Source: an uncultured Methanosarcinaceae archaeon (GTDB lineage: Archaea; Halobacteriota; Methanosarcinia; Methanosarcinales; Methanosarcinaceae). From it: DNA of 64,000 nucleotides. Both the position numbers and the translations under genes were made by a program. The stretch is from positions 1 through 64,000 of the forward strand of contig CAWJYV010000003.1 of the NCBI GenBank assembly GCA_963847185.1. The letters are read 5' to 3'. The first letter of the stretch is position 1. Each line of letters opens with the position of its first letter. This document shows, one piece after another, positions 32,957-43,698 of the stretch. The notes below the pieces were generated by a model that was not told where the DNA came from, searched no databases, and saw only the letters and a list, made by a program, of their open reading frames with translations.

Positions 32957-33355
32957 ATGAAAGACTTAGAAGTAAAAATGCTGGACGAAGAAGACCATGT
33001 TTTTATCGAAACATTAAGGAATCTTGGGATGTCAAGAAATGTCGCTACAACCATGGCATATCTTATGAATGTAGACGAATCTTCAGCCCGGGAAATTGAA
33101 GTAAGTACTGGATTAAGGCAACCCGAAGTAAGTCTTGCAATAAAGTTAATGCACAGCCAATCTTGGGTCAGTGTGCGCTCGGAAAAAAAACCTGGAAAAG
33201 GGCGACCGATGAAGATTTATTCTCTTACGGCGCCAATTGACGAGATCATAAGTTATTATGAAGACAAGATTTACAAAGAATCTCAGGCAACCATCTCTGC
33301 AATCAAGAAGCTGAAAGTGATGAGCAAAAGTATGCCCATTATTCTCTCAAAGTGA
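32957..33355 (+). CDS. Archaeal wHTH transcriptional regulator (COG4738-like)
   Basis: SAREIEVSTGLRQPEVSLA HTH and GKGRPMKIYSL wing. Confidence 0.85.
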   Translation: MKDLEVKMLDEEDHVFIETLRNLGMSRNVATTMAYLMNVDESSAREIEVSTGLRQPEVSLAIKLMHSQSWVSVRSEKKPGKGRPMKIYSLTAPIDEIISYYEDKIYKESQATISAIKKLKVMSKSMPIILSK

Positions 33356-33440
33356 AGGATTTCAAACAGGTTAACCCACAATGGTTAACAATCTTTTTCA
33401 GGATCACCATTATGGGAAAAACATTTAATATGGACCACTT

Positions 33441-33690
33441 GCTTATGCACATTCCCATTTAGCTTTTCTCTCTGCTCATCCTTAATGTGCAGCTGGTCCT
33501 TCGATAGGCAAGGCCTTCATGCTCGGCGTTCTTACTTTCCTTATCCCAAGCGATAGCCCTGGCCTTTTAGATTAGCTTCAGTTATGTGTCTTCGGGATAG
33601 ATATACTGCACCTCCTTCCACAATTATCCCAGAAGCCTAAATTTTAATGTCAGTGTCCCGGATTTGGGACATCTAAAAACATGTTCGAAA
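33441..33690 (+). repeat. Dispersed modular repeat family, copy 5
   Basis: GCGATAGCCCTGGCCTTTTAGATTAGCTTC...TTCGGGATAGATATACTGCACC...TATCCCAGAA; 5' module matches 45228-45300. Confidence 0.8.
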
Positions 33691-33699
33691 AGCTCACTA

Positions 33700-34049
33700 G
33701 ATGCTGATGCAATCGAGGTAAGCGGAAACTGGATAATGCTATCCTCTAATAAAGAAATTTATTTAAAGAAGAGGCAGCGGCAATAGCTAAAGAAAATAAT
33801 ATTGCTTACCTTGTGACCGGAGGCAATCGTGACTCTGCAGAGATGGAACGACTGCTGAATAGCACAAACATCGAGTACTTCGGGTTGGCAAGACCCTCTA
33901 ATTGTGAGTCGGATCTTGTTAATCGCTATGAAAAAGAATATACTGTACAGACAAGGTGCATCAGTTGCAACGCATGTCTTGACCTAAACAATGGGCTTAT
34001 GCATGCTAAATTCGGATTAAGGCTAATATCTAGAAAGGGTAGTTTTTGA
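33700..34049 (+). pseudogene. C-terminal remnant of an NADH:flavin oxidoreductase (old yellow enzyme)
   Basis: DADAIEVSG, then after a frameshift AAAIAKE..VTGGNR...LARP...CISCNAC; 5' two-thirds missing. Confidence 0.75.
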
Positions 34050-34094
34050 AATAATAAGTAGTCAAAATGCTAATTATGGAATATTATAAATTAT

Positions 34095-34223
34095 GAGCCT
34101 ATCCCAAAACTTAAATTTGTGTCCCTGGATCTGGAATTTGAAATAACAATTAATCTTATGATACGGAAAATGGTTTTCAAAATCTTATTGATGTCGAATA
34201 AACATTAGTTTTGGGATGAACTC
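34095..34223. mobile_element. MITE, GAGCCTATCCCAAAAC-end family
   Basis: TIRs GAGCCTATCCCAAAACT / AGTTTTGGGATGAACTC. Confidence 0.7.
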
Positions 34224-34282
34224 AAATAATATATCCCTGTGTTTATTACAGGCCATGTAGATAGTTCTTCAAAGTTATTCAA

Positions 34283-34720
34283 TCACAAAGACAAATTCAT
34301 AAAATTATATACAAACTTCATGCCACACGAGAACAATGCCAAACCAATCCCAACATAAAAGAATCCTATGAAAAAAGCTGGCAAAAGACTAAGTTTCCGA
34401 ATAGTAGTTCCACCTAATATCATTACCACCATAATCAGGTATGACTTTTTATCAAAAAATTCCATAACAAACATTTTCTTTCTATCATCCTTATTTATTC
34501 GAATCGTGTGCTTTTCAACTAATTTAGAGAAAATGAAAAGATAAAATACTGAAAATACTGAAGCAGCTAAAAAAACACTAAAAATATATCTCCCTTGATT
34601 TATAAAAAATGGTAATCCAGTCTTTATTACCATTATTCCAGCAAACATCCAAACGACGCCTGCAATCAAAATTAAATATTTATTAGGAATCGATGATATC
34701 TGTTTGAAGTTGTTTTTCAT
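34283..34720 (-). CDS. Four-TM hypothetical membrane protein
   Basis: LIAGVVWMFAG...FSKLVEKH..RI...FFDKKSY...FY.GIGLAL; very AT-rich. Confidence 0.75.
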   Translation of the reverse strand: MKNNFKQISSIPNKYLILIAGVVWMFAGIMVIKTGLPFFINQGRYIFSVFLAASVFSVFYLFIFSKLVEKHTIRINKDDRKKMFVMEFFDKKSYLIMVVMILGGTTIRKLSLLPAFFIGFFYVGIGLALFSCGMKFVYNFMNLSL

Positions 34721-35376
34721 ATTTATTATTTAACCTTACATTCGACATAAAAACTTATAGTATTATGGCTCTTTAGTATTGCACGTAATTTCTTCTTAAT
34801 AAGTAATATATCCCTGAGTTTATTTCAACCCAGGAGGATAAAATAGGGTTTATTGAATATCTGGTTCTTGCTCTTGTTCCACTTTAATGTCTGCACTTGT
34901 GTCCTTCTAAGCAATTAGCCTTGGATCGTCAAGCTCTGGCACGAAGAAAATCAAGGTCTTTATCGAATAATAAAGCTTAGGTCTTAGTAATCGATTTTCA
35001 AAGCTTCTTTCCTTATTCTCTTCATGAAGTGCCATTGGAACTATGTCTGCTTTATTTTTGCATAGATGACTCTTTTAAAGACATATTCTTCGAGAAATCT
35101 TGACTTGTTACAAGATACACTGGCATTATTTGTTCACTCCCTTTATTGAATATTTTTAGACCAATTTGGGTAAAAAATTAAACATAATTGTATAAATAAC
35201 TTTGTATAAATATTTTCAATTATCGATGAAGGCAACCATACAAGATTACTATTCCAAAAAAAGCTAAAAACGATACAACGAACAAAATTTACAAATATTT
35301 TCAACAAGAGTTTATATTTTGTAAGAACTAACCTGTCACCTGAAGGGGATATTATAATCATATTGCTTACGGAGTT

Positions 35377-35642
35377 GATAAAATAAGTACACAGGCAGAA
35401 GCAATAGAGCTTATCGAGAAGCATAAGGAAAGCATAGAGTATCTTTCGAAGTTTGGAAACCCGCTTGAAAAGGCAATCATAAAAGCCATAATATCTTTAG
35501 CCGAGGTGGAATAATGCCCCTAAACCAGGATCAAAGACAAATAAAGTACGAGCAGGCTGCTGCAAGAAATGAATTATTTAAAAAGGTAGGGCAATCAAGG
35601 AAAGTAAAAAAAGAGCAAATATTAAGGAAAACTGTGCCATAA
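35377..35642 (+). pseudogene. Remnant of two translationally coupled small genes (start-less helical ORF + 42-aa ORF 35514-35642)
   Basis: DKISTQAEAIELIEKHKESIEYLSKFGNPLEKAIIK* overlaps via TAATG with MPLNQDQRQ...; GAGGTGG RBS. Confidence 0.4.
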
Positions 35643-35770
35643 TCACCTTCTCGAAGACCTAAATGGTCCATTAACACCTCATTTTTACTTCTTTTATAGC
35701 TTTTATAAATTTAGAACCTATCCGAAAAATCTTATATTTCAAATTATTATGTGTTTTTTTAGGACTTATT

Positions 35771-36171
35771 CTACTTTTTTGTCTCGGTAATATCGCGCAT
35801 GATACCTTCGCTAAAGAGTGGCCTGCCATTTTGATCCTTGATGATCGTAAAATGATCGGCGAACAATCGGTATTTGCCATCCTTGTGTTTGAACCGATAC
35901 TCTAGAGTTCCGAAGCCAATCTTGCATGCGTGGGCTAATTCATCAGTAACTAGGTGACGGTCATCGGATGAACGAGATTAAAGGACTCACTCATGCTGCC
36001 CATCTCGGTCATCTCCTGGACAGAGAAACCAGTAATCTTTTCTACAACTGGGTTCATAAAATCGACACTGTCGATCTGAAGGTTCCGCCGATAAGCTACA
36101 TCGAGTGAGTTTTCCACTGCCCGCTTATCTACAATAATATGAGTGCCAGAATTCCTTGACTTTTCATTCAT
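35771..36171 (-). pseudogene. PAS-domain protein remnant with 1-nt deletion
   Basis: NPVVEKITGFS...VHP, frameshift, then DDRHLV...LEYRFKHKDGKYR...GIMRDITE PAS/PAC motif. Confidence 0.8.
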
Positions 36172-36792
36172 TAAGTATCACCAATATAAAAATGACTTTG
36201 AAATGCTGTATTTGATTGCGTGTTAGTAACTTCATAAATAAATTAATTTCTATACTATATTAACTCTTTTCAACTCCCTTTTTCCAATTTGAAAAAAAAT
36301 TGCACTGATTGGTGGTACCTACTTCAAGATAGATTCTTCTCGATAGTTTGACCAGCTCTTTGATTTTAAGTCCATTATACGTGCTCTATTTTTTATACTC
36401 ATTAGTTGAAGGACTTTCAATAATTTATGACAGAATACATCCAATAATCCTCTTCGTGGCTGGAGCGTTAACACTTTATGACATTCTTTCAGTCCACCAA
36501 ATAATGATCTCAGCAGATTGAAATATATCGATTTTTTTCATATTGGCTTGTATTGACGAAATCGTGTAAAAAAGTTTGAAAAATTACTTGGCTATCGATT
36601 CGAGATAATTGAATCTATTAGTAGATGTAGGGGGGTGTAAGCCTGGAATATCCCGATCTCCTTTTCTTGTGTATACTTAGATTTCTGCACTTTATTCTTC
36701 TCTTGATCTTTGCCTATGGGAAATTTGTAATAAGGCTCTGCCTCTCATCTCTTTCTCTTATTCTTGAGACCCAATGCCTACGAGCCATCTTA

Positions 36793-37518
36793 CTATGGAA
36801 ACAACACCAACTTTAAGCCAAATAAAAATATAAATCCAGCCACAAAATTCCTGAATTTTTCCTGAGGTATTCTTTCAACTCCTCTTTTCCCAATCATTAC
36901 TCCTATTAAAGATGCTGGTATAAAGATCAAAAAGCCTGATAGAATTGATGGCTCCAGTACAGTATCACCTTTGAGATAGGTCACTATTCTCGTGGAGTCG
37001 ATTACTAAAGATATGGCACCTGCAGTAGCAACATAAACAGCCTTTTCCAGGTTGAAAGCACTTAAAGCAACCGCGTTTATCTCTCCCCCTATGCCGAAAA
37101 CTCCCGAAAAAAATCCCGTCAAGGCTCCACCGGATATTGCTACTGATAACCTTTGACTTAGCTTGAACGCGCGGTTGTAAATGATAAAGATGACATAAGC
37201 TATAAGAAAAATCCCTAGTGCTCTTGAGAGAAACTCTCGAGAAATTCTCAAGGTTAAGGACGATCCTATAAAACTCGTAACGAGTCCGGGAAGACCGAAG
37301 GCAAGGAATAGCTTCCACCTAATACCCTTCCGAAACAAAAGTAGTTTCCAGACATCGTTAAACCAATGAACTATGCCTACAAACAGCAGGGTCTGAGGTA
37401 TAGGAAGAATTAGCAGGAGAACAGGCACCATGATTGTTGATATTCCAAATCCGGCCAGGGTCCCGATTGCGCTTGCTAGCAGCGTGAGCAATGCTATATA
37501 GATTATTTCCCCATACAC
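36793..37518 (-). CDS. TauE/SafE (DUF81) family membrane transporter
   Basis: GTLAGFG...P and GFFSGVFGIGG repeats; about 8 TM segments. Confidence 0.88.
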   Translation of the reverse strand: MYGEIIYIALLTLLASAIGTLAGFGISTIMVPVLLLILPIPQTLLFVGIVHWFNDVWKLLLFRKGIRWKLFLAFGLPGLVTSFIGSSLTLRISREFLSRALGIFLIAYVIFIIYNRAFKLSQRLSVAISGGALTGFFSGVFGIGGEINAVALSAFNLEKAVYVATAGAISLVIDSTRIVTYLKGDTVLEPSILSGFLIFIPASLIGVMIGKRGVERIPQEKFRNFVAGFIFLFGLKLVLFP

Positions 37519-37826
37519 AAACGTATTTACTATTTAATGGCATAAATGTTCACAGTCTACTGATTTTTTAATAATGTTTAAGCTAATTTTGTTTTAATTT
37601 GTTAGAACAACAAGCTCATTCCAAAACTCAAAATTGCATCTCTGATTTCAGATGAATCAATCAATATAAGTCTCGGTCGTAAACATGGTTACATTGGAAG
37701 GAAAATAGATATTATTAGACACAATCTAGCTGAAAGATTGATTAAGACCGCAAAACTTATTGTCTTAGATTCTATAACAAGTAAATAAGTTCTAACTCTA
37801 TTGACGAACTGTTGAGAGGTGAACAT

Positions 37827-37877
37827 ATGGCTTGTAAACCAAAGGACGGCAGCGCAAAACCAAAACCAAAGAAATAA
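37827..37877 (+). CDS. Putative 16-aa basic microprotein MACKPKDGSAKPKPKK
   Basis: Strong GAGGTGA RBS 4 nt before ATG; followed by palindrome TAGGGCCTTACGGCCCTA and a T-tract. Confidence 0.55.
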   Translation: MACKPKDGSAKPKPKK

Positions 37878-38181
37878 CTTCATGATATAAAGTAGGGCCT
37901 TACGGCCCTAAAACTTCTACTTATTTCTTTTTTGACTGAAACTTAACTCTCAAACTACTTATTTCCATAATATCCTGAACCTAAGGTTGAAATTACTCAG
38001 AATAAAGATTCAAACCTTGTGACGAGGTTGTTAGAAGGCATTTCGGGCTTATAAAATGCTTTATAGAGAATCCTTTATGAAAACTCTTCTATTTCAATAA
38101 CTAGATAATTTTATTAATAATAGGCAATTATTGAGACCGATTATCACTAAAGAGAATAACCACCTCTGAGATGATTAAAAA

Positions 38182-38463
38182 ATGGACTCAATGGAAAAAA
38201 TCTTTGGAAAAACCGCACAAATGACGGTACTTAAGAACCTGATCGAAAAACAGAACGAACCAACCTACCTTTCAGGAATAGCTCAAGAAACAGGATTGTC
38301 TCACGCCAGTGTATCAAGGGTTATCGCACCTCTGGTTTCATCAGGCGTTGTTCAAGAAAAAATGTTAGGAAAGCAAGTAAGACTTTTCCAGCTCAATGCG
38401 GAAAGCGAAGCAACAAGTGCCATAGTTGAATTTTATAGTAAAATCAACCAGATGGTAAATTAG
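38182..38463 (+). CDS. Small winged-helix DNA-binding protein
   Basis: TYLSGIAQETGLSHASVSRVI HTH plus GKQVRLFQLN wing. Confidence 0.85.
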   Translation: MDSMEKIFGKTAQMTVLKNLIEKQNEPTYLSGIAQETGLSHASVSRVIAPLVSSGVVQEKMLGKQVRLFQLNAESEATSAIVEFYSKINQMVN

Positions 38464-38468
38464 GTCTA

Positions 38469-38709
38469 AGAACGTGTCTTAAAATTCGAACAATATCTGC
38501 GCAATTGGATAACATGTACCGTAACTTCAATTCAGCTCGTAAATTTATTACATCGGACTTATTCGCTATCTGTACAAAATCAAATATATCAGGCATTATG
38601 GTTGAAATTTACACTTCAGGCATTTAACGGCTTAATGTATTATTTTTCAGTTAAAATGCGTAATTCCTGTTCCAATTGTAGAATCGAATTTAATTTTAAG
38701 ACACGCTCT
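38469..38709. mobile_element. MITE, 241 bp
   Basis: 18-bp TIRs AGAACGTGTCTTAAAATT / AATTTTAAGACACGCTCT with one mismatch; no transposase. Confidence 0.8.
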
Positions 38710-38996
38710 CAACCTGTTCATCTTGCTATGAACATCTTTTGCTTCATATGATTTATTTGATAATAGTATAAATGTGTACCCTCTGGGCATAATAATATCC
38801 TTTTCGCCAATCCCTCTACAACAAATCATTAAAATCGATAGGAACTAGAATGAAATGCTCAATCCCTGCTCAATACGCAGACATTTCAAGCAAATTACTT
38901 CATTTTTAAGCTTATTTCCTCGAGTTCTGAACAACTCTTCACTCCTGACCGAGGCTCAAAAAGCTTTTAATATCGTGAGAATATCGATATGATAAT

Positions 38997-39287
38997 ATGA
39001 TAATGGAGAAAACAGCAAGAGAAATGTACGCGAAGAACCGCGAAAAAATCATGCAAAAGGCAAGGGGTTCCAATAGCGGATTTTTTGGGGTGGGATTCTA
39101 TAATAACTTCAACGTTTTACTTTCGGAAAAGAGTACCAAGCCTGGAATTCAATGGGATAATAATCCTGAGTTTCACTTCCAGGTACCCTGTAAGAGGATG
39201 CTAAATTATCGTTATCTTGATGAGCTATTTACCGAAGCATTGGATAATTATCTTCTTACCGGTAAAAAATTTTTCATGAAAGATTAA
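38997..39287 (+). CDS. Hypothetical protein
   Basis: 96-aa ORF with protein-like composition; TATA-like CTTTTAATA upstream. Confidence 0.6.
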   Translation: MIMEKTAREMYAKNREKIMQKARGSNSGFFGVGFYNNFNVLLSEKSTKPGIQWDNNPEFHFQVPCKRMLNYRYLDELFTEALDNYLLTGKKFFMKD

Positions 39288-40096
39288 TGATAAACTAAAT
39301 TGTCATTTTAAAGGCTAATTTCTACTTTGCCTATTTCTTTTTCCGTCGCGTGATGGAGCGAACCAATACATAAGGATTATTAGCTAACAGCTTACAAATT
39401 TAACCTTAATTTGATTTTTTTAATATGTAAATCAGGCGACTGTAGCTTTGCCAAACCTCCACTTTGCGACAAGAATCATTACTCCTAAAAAACCTAGAAG
39501 GGATAGGAAAGAAACAAGAACTTCTCCATGAGTGTAAGTAATAGGATTCTATTGACGAAAAGTCGCTTCATATCATAAAATACTGATTCAACTGATTAAA
39601 TATACGAGTGGATTGAGTGCAGACTTACAGCAAATACAATTGATTTCTGTTATAAGAAATAATCTCAAGCGGCACATTCAACTTTAAAACTGTATGATAA
39701 AATTGTTGCATATTTTTATGGTTGGTAAATTCTCCCTTGAATATGAAGAGGATGTTGAAAATGTTATTCCCACCATTCACAAATTTTATGCACAATTTCT
39801 AATACCACGCACGGGCATTGAGAAAGCATAATATCTCTTTCGGGGTGGTACATTATGCCATGCTGGGCAGTTCTTAGTGGGCATATCCCGATGAACTGAT
39901 GTACATGCTTAGACCCCCTTTTTTAACCACTCGGATACGTCACGTTAGTGGCAGAATAAGTACTAGCCATATAGCTGGTATCCCCAATTACATTTGTCAA
40001 ATACTTTGTCGGGAGTGGGAGAGTTAGCAGAGATAATAACCCTGCTGACCTCCGGTAAAAGAACCCGAACCGAAACCACTGGAACAAAGTAAGAGC

Positions 40097-41329
40097 TTAT
40101 TTGGTACCAGTACCATTCGCCTCTAATTGGTAAAAATGGTACGCGTATGGTTGCCAGGTATCTTTGATAGTCTCATCAGCAACACTCACGGTTCTGTTCT
40201 CCCATAAGACGTCATACGTTCCGTTTGGCACGCCGGTAATTGTTGCATTATTTGCCGTACCATTTGCTTCAGTAAAATCAAGCATACTTGATGACGCGAC
40301 TAACTTTCTGCCTTCTGCATCAGTAAATATGTAGGCTGTAACCGCATCGATTGTTCCACCCGGATCTGAAGTTATACTTCTAGTGCCGCTTGTTACGTTT
40401 GTTGTCAGAAGTGTCCGGTTATCGTTCATAATCCAGGGCCAAACCTGTTCGTATTTCGGCTTAAAGCTGACCCATCCAGTATAGCCAGGAGTATCTTCTG
40501 CATATTTATAAGCATACGAGAAAACACCCTGAGCTCCACCTAAAATTCCCATCACAATCTGACTTTCATGACGATCAGCCACTTTTTGCGCAGTACTCAA
40601 GTCTGGATCGTAAGCATTCACTTCAAGAGCCTGACCAAATGCTTCTGTTGTTACATATACTGTTTTTCCTGCATTTTTCCAATCAGGGGCATTGGCAATA
40701 AGATTACCATATACCCAGGCATGCGGACGTTCAGGATGGAATTTCGTGTAGGTGGTGAAATAACAAACATCCAGGCCTGGAATAAATGCCTCATCACCAC
40801 CGCTTGCCATATCACCTAAATAATCACCAGCAACGGCATTGGGGAAGTACTTCTTCATAGCTGTGTACATACTTATAAGCGTTGAAGGGCTTCCTTCCTC
40901 GTCAGGGAAATACACACCATAGAAACTATTATCAGTAACTCCCAGATCCTTGACTTCTTTCCAGAAGCCTTCAGACTCCATTTGTGGTCCGCTAGTAGCT
41001 ACTAAATATTTCGAAATTCCCATCTGTTTGCCTCGATTAACGTTATCAACAAACTGTTGTGGAGTTATAGAAGTGCTCCACCCAAGGTGAACAAGCGTAG
41101 CGTTATCTGTTAAAAATTGAGTATCAGTCTCCCATCCCATCATCCCATATGCCGGGGCTGTACCACGCGGATACGGAAATTCATTATTTGTCGATGAGTA
41201 GTTATACGAAGCATTTTGTTCGCTAGATGCCAGTGCAGCAGATGAGCCGATAATTAAAAAGCAAACCAGGAATACTGAAGTCAAAAATGTTAAGTATAAA
41301 TTATCCTTATTTTTCATCTTATTTTTCAT
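40097..41329 (-). CDS. Secreted protein, probable glycoside-hydrolase-like TIM barrel with C-terminal beta domain
   Basis: Signal peptide (AALA-S); GVYFPDE, TTEAFG and GGAQGVFSYAY segments typical of (beta/alpha)8 glycanases; aromatic-rich. Confidence 0.6.
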   Translation of the reverse strand: MKNKMKNKDNLYLTFLTSVFLVCFLIIGSSAALASSEQNASYNYSSTNNEFPYPRGTAPAYGMMGWETDTQFLTDNATLVHLGWSTSITPQQFVDNVNRGKQMGISKYLVATSGPQMESEGFWKEVKDLGVTDNSFYGVYFPDEEGSPSTLISMYTAMKKYFPNAVAGDYLGDMASGGDEAFIPGLDVCYFTTYTKFHPERPHAWVYGNLIANAPDWKNAGKTVYVTTEAFGQALEVNAYDPDLSTAQKVADRHESQIVMGILGGAQGVFSYAYKYAEDTPGYTGWVSFKPKYEQVWPWIMNDNRTLLTTNVTSGTRSITSDPGGTIDAVTAYIFTDAEGRKLVASSSMLDFTEANGTANNATITGVPNGTYDVLWENRTVSVADETIKDTWQPYAYHFYQLEANGTGTK

Positions 41330-41641
41330 CTATTTCCATCCCCATTTCCTCTTCTATTTGGTCGTGTATGTAAGTTATCCAGTGGTTATTATAAATATGA
41401 AATGATATTTATAACTGCAGGCGCATGCTTCATCGATTAAGCGTCTTTCCAAAAAGTTATCAATGGCATATTGTAAAAGTCGGTCGTTTCTTAATATTCG
41501 GTCGATATTATTTCCAAAATGAATTTGGTATTTCCAGTGTTTTTTTGCTGCGGCTGTAAAATTTACACTGCACAAACAATGCAGTATAGAAACGGATTTT
41601 CAAGAGATATTGCCTAGGATACTATACGAAGGGAGGTATTT

Positions 41642-42673
41642 GTGATAAAACTGTTTTTGCCCGACAGGGTGGTTTTTGAGCCCAGGTCCATGGACTATCC
41701 ACTTGGACGGAAGATATACAACTATTTTGAGGGTACATCTACTGAAATCATAAAGGCGCCCATTCAAAAGATATCCTCCATTATTCCGGGGACCACCAAC
41801 AGACAAAGGTATGCAAGCGGCAAGAAAACCCTTGTTGTTACAGTTAAAAAAAGCCTGAGATTTGACGTATGCAAACCATCCGCCGATTTTGAGTTTTCAC
41901 TGGTGACCGGCTGCCCAGCCAGTTGTGAATACTGTTACCTCTATACTACGCAGAGCAGCAAGCCTTATCTCAGGACCTATGTAAATCTGGAAGAAATATT
42001 CGATTCCATCAAAAAACATATCTCCCGAAACGGCAACCGACTGACTACCTTTGAGGTGGCAAGCGCGGGAGACCCGCTGGCCATCGAACACATCACAGGC
42101 AGCCTTGCAAGAACGATCGAGTTTTTTGGAGCACTCGATAATGCCAGGTTGCGTGTCGTAACAAAATTTAACAATGTGAACCCCCTGCTAGGTTTGAAGC
42201 ATAACGGTCGGACACGCTTCCGTGTAAGCATCAACTCCAGGTATGTCATAAAGAATTTTGAACATAATACCGCCGACTTCGACGAAAGAATCGAAGCCGC
42301 TTCAAAGCTCGCTGCAGCAGGGTATCCTATCGGTTTTATAGTGGCTCCCATTATGATTTATGACCGCTGGAAGGAGGAATATCTTGAACTGCTTGAAAAG
42401 CTCCGGAGAAGGATTGATACTGGTAAATCGACTGAACCCGTCACCTTCGAGCTCATCCAGCACAGGTTCACTCCCTTTGCGAAGAAGTTCATACTGGAGT
42501 GTTTTCCCAATACCAGCCTGGATATGGACGAGAGCAAACGCGCCCTGAAATGGGGAAAATTCGGCAGGTTCAAGTACGTTTACCCCAGAAAGGATGCGGC
42601 AGAAATCAAGGAGTATCTCACCTCGCTGATCAAGGAGAGATTTCCGCATGCCAAAATCGAATATTTCACATAA
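41642..42673 (+). CDS. splB: Spore photoproduct lyase (radical SAM), clostridial type
   Basis: GKKTLVV, CKPSADF, GCPASCEYCYL, YVNLEEI, EHITGSL, TKF, FELIQHRFT, KWGKFG..KYVY, C-terminal EYFT. Confidence 0.92.
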   Translation: MIKLFLPDRVVFEPRSMDYPLGRKIYNYFEGTSTEIIKAPIQKISSIIPGTTNRQRYASGKKTLVVTVKKSLRFDVCKPSADFEFSLVTGCPASCEYCYLYTTQSSKPYLRTYVNLEEIFDSIKKHISRNGNRLTTFEVASAGDPLAIEHITGSLARTIEFFGALDNARLRVVTKFNNVNPLLGLKHNGRTRFRVSINSRYVIKNFEHNTADFDERIEAASKLAAAGYPIGFIVAPIMIYDRWKEEYLELLEKLRRRIDTGKSTEPVTFELIQHRFTPFAKKFILECFPNTSLDMDESKRALKWGKFGRFKYVYPRKDAAEIKEYLTSLIKERFPHAKIEYFT

Positions 42674-42748
42674 TAATTTCAAAATACGTGAATAATGTGG
42701 TTGTGTTCCCAAGTTATTGAATTGGAATTCTAAACGTTAATAGTTCTC

Positions 42749-42878
42749 GAGCCTATCCCAAAACCCATTTCTGTTTCCACATCCATAGGAATTTCATACT
42801 ATTTTCCTGATCTGTAGCTCAATTGATTATTTAAAAATCGAAATTGAAAAAGCAGTTTTTGAGTTTTGGGATCAGCTC
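42749..42878. mobile_element. MITE, GAGCCTATCCCAAAAC-end family (extra solo end at about 42899-42914)
   Basis: TIRs GAGCCTATCCCAAAAC / GTTTTGGGATCAGCTC; reverse-complement homologue of 55732-55863. Confidence 0.8.
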
Positions 42879-43698
42879 ATAATTGAGATTAAAACTAGGT
42901 TTTGGGATGAGCTCACTTATTACTGGAAACCACGCTAATCCACGTAGCTAATCTTACGGGATAGTCAGGTATATTTATTAGCCTAAAATATGCGAGGCTT
43001 AGGAAGCCCTAATAAACTCATTTGAAATAACAGATATACACCATTGTTTTAGGGTTTAGTTTTTAGGATTTACTTTACTGGCTCAAACTTTTCCTTTTCA
43101 ATATATATTATATTTACGAGCCGACCGAGGACATCCGCACTCTATGTAATAGGACCTGTCTATTTGGCTCGATTTTCGCTGCTGTATATAGTATATAAAT
43201 AGTTATAAAAATGGGTGACACCATACCCGAACACCATTCACTATATATCTCGTATTATATTATATATAATTCATTTTTCTATATGCTTTGACAGCACAAC
43301 GTACCCGCGCATTAAACAATATGTAGAAGATATGGACATAATACTTGTATACTTTCTATAATGTCCCCCCGTCTTACTTCTATATTTAATTTATACCCAC
43401 AGCTTATTCTTATTTATAATGGTCTTTTTCCTTATATTATCAAAATCGCTTGGGGGTACCAACAAACGCAAATATATAACTTCTAACTATGTAGGGGTTA
43501 TATCATATACCTTCTTAGAAGGCAGTAGAGAACTGCGCCTACACTTGGTCGAATTTATTTCCTTACCTTCTTAAGAATCGGAAATAAATTCTACATGTTT
43601 GTACTTTCGGATAAAGATATAAATTTTAAAAATCCTTTAAAACAAACATTTAAAATTTAACTGTTAATTTTATAGAAATAAAACGGAGTTTTTCATAT

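Noticed and set aside
36300-36640. Possible decayed gene on the minus strand
   Set aside because: Too many stops and frameshifts to assign a family by eye
19162-38469. Pyl readthrough at the TAG stops of asnB (19201), tauE (36793) and the wHTH gene (38463)
   Set aside because: The proteins look complete and a TAA follows within 1-13 codons
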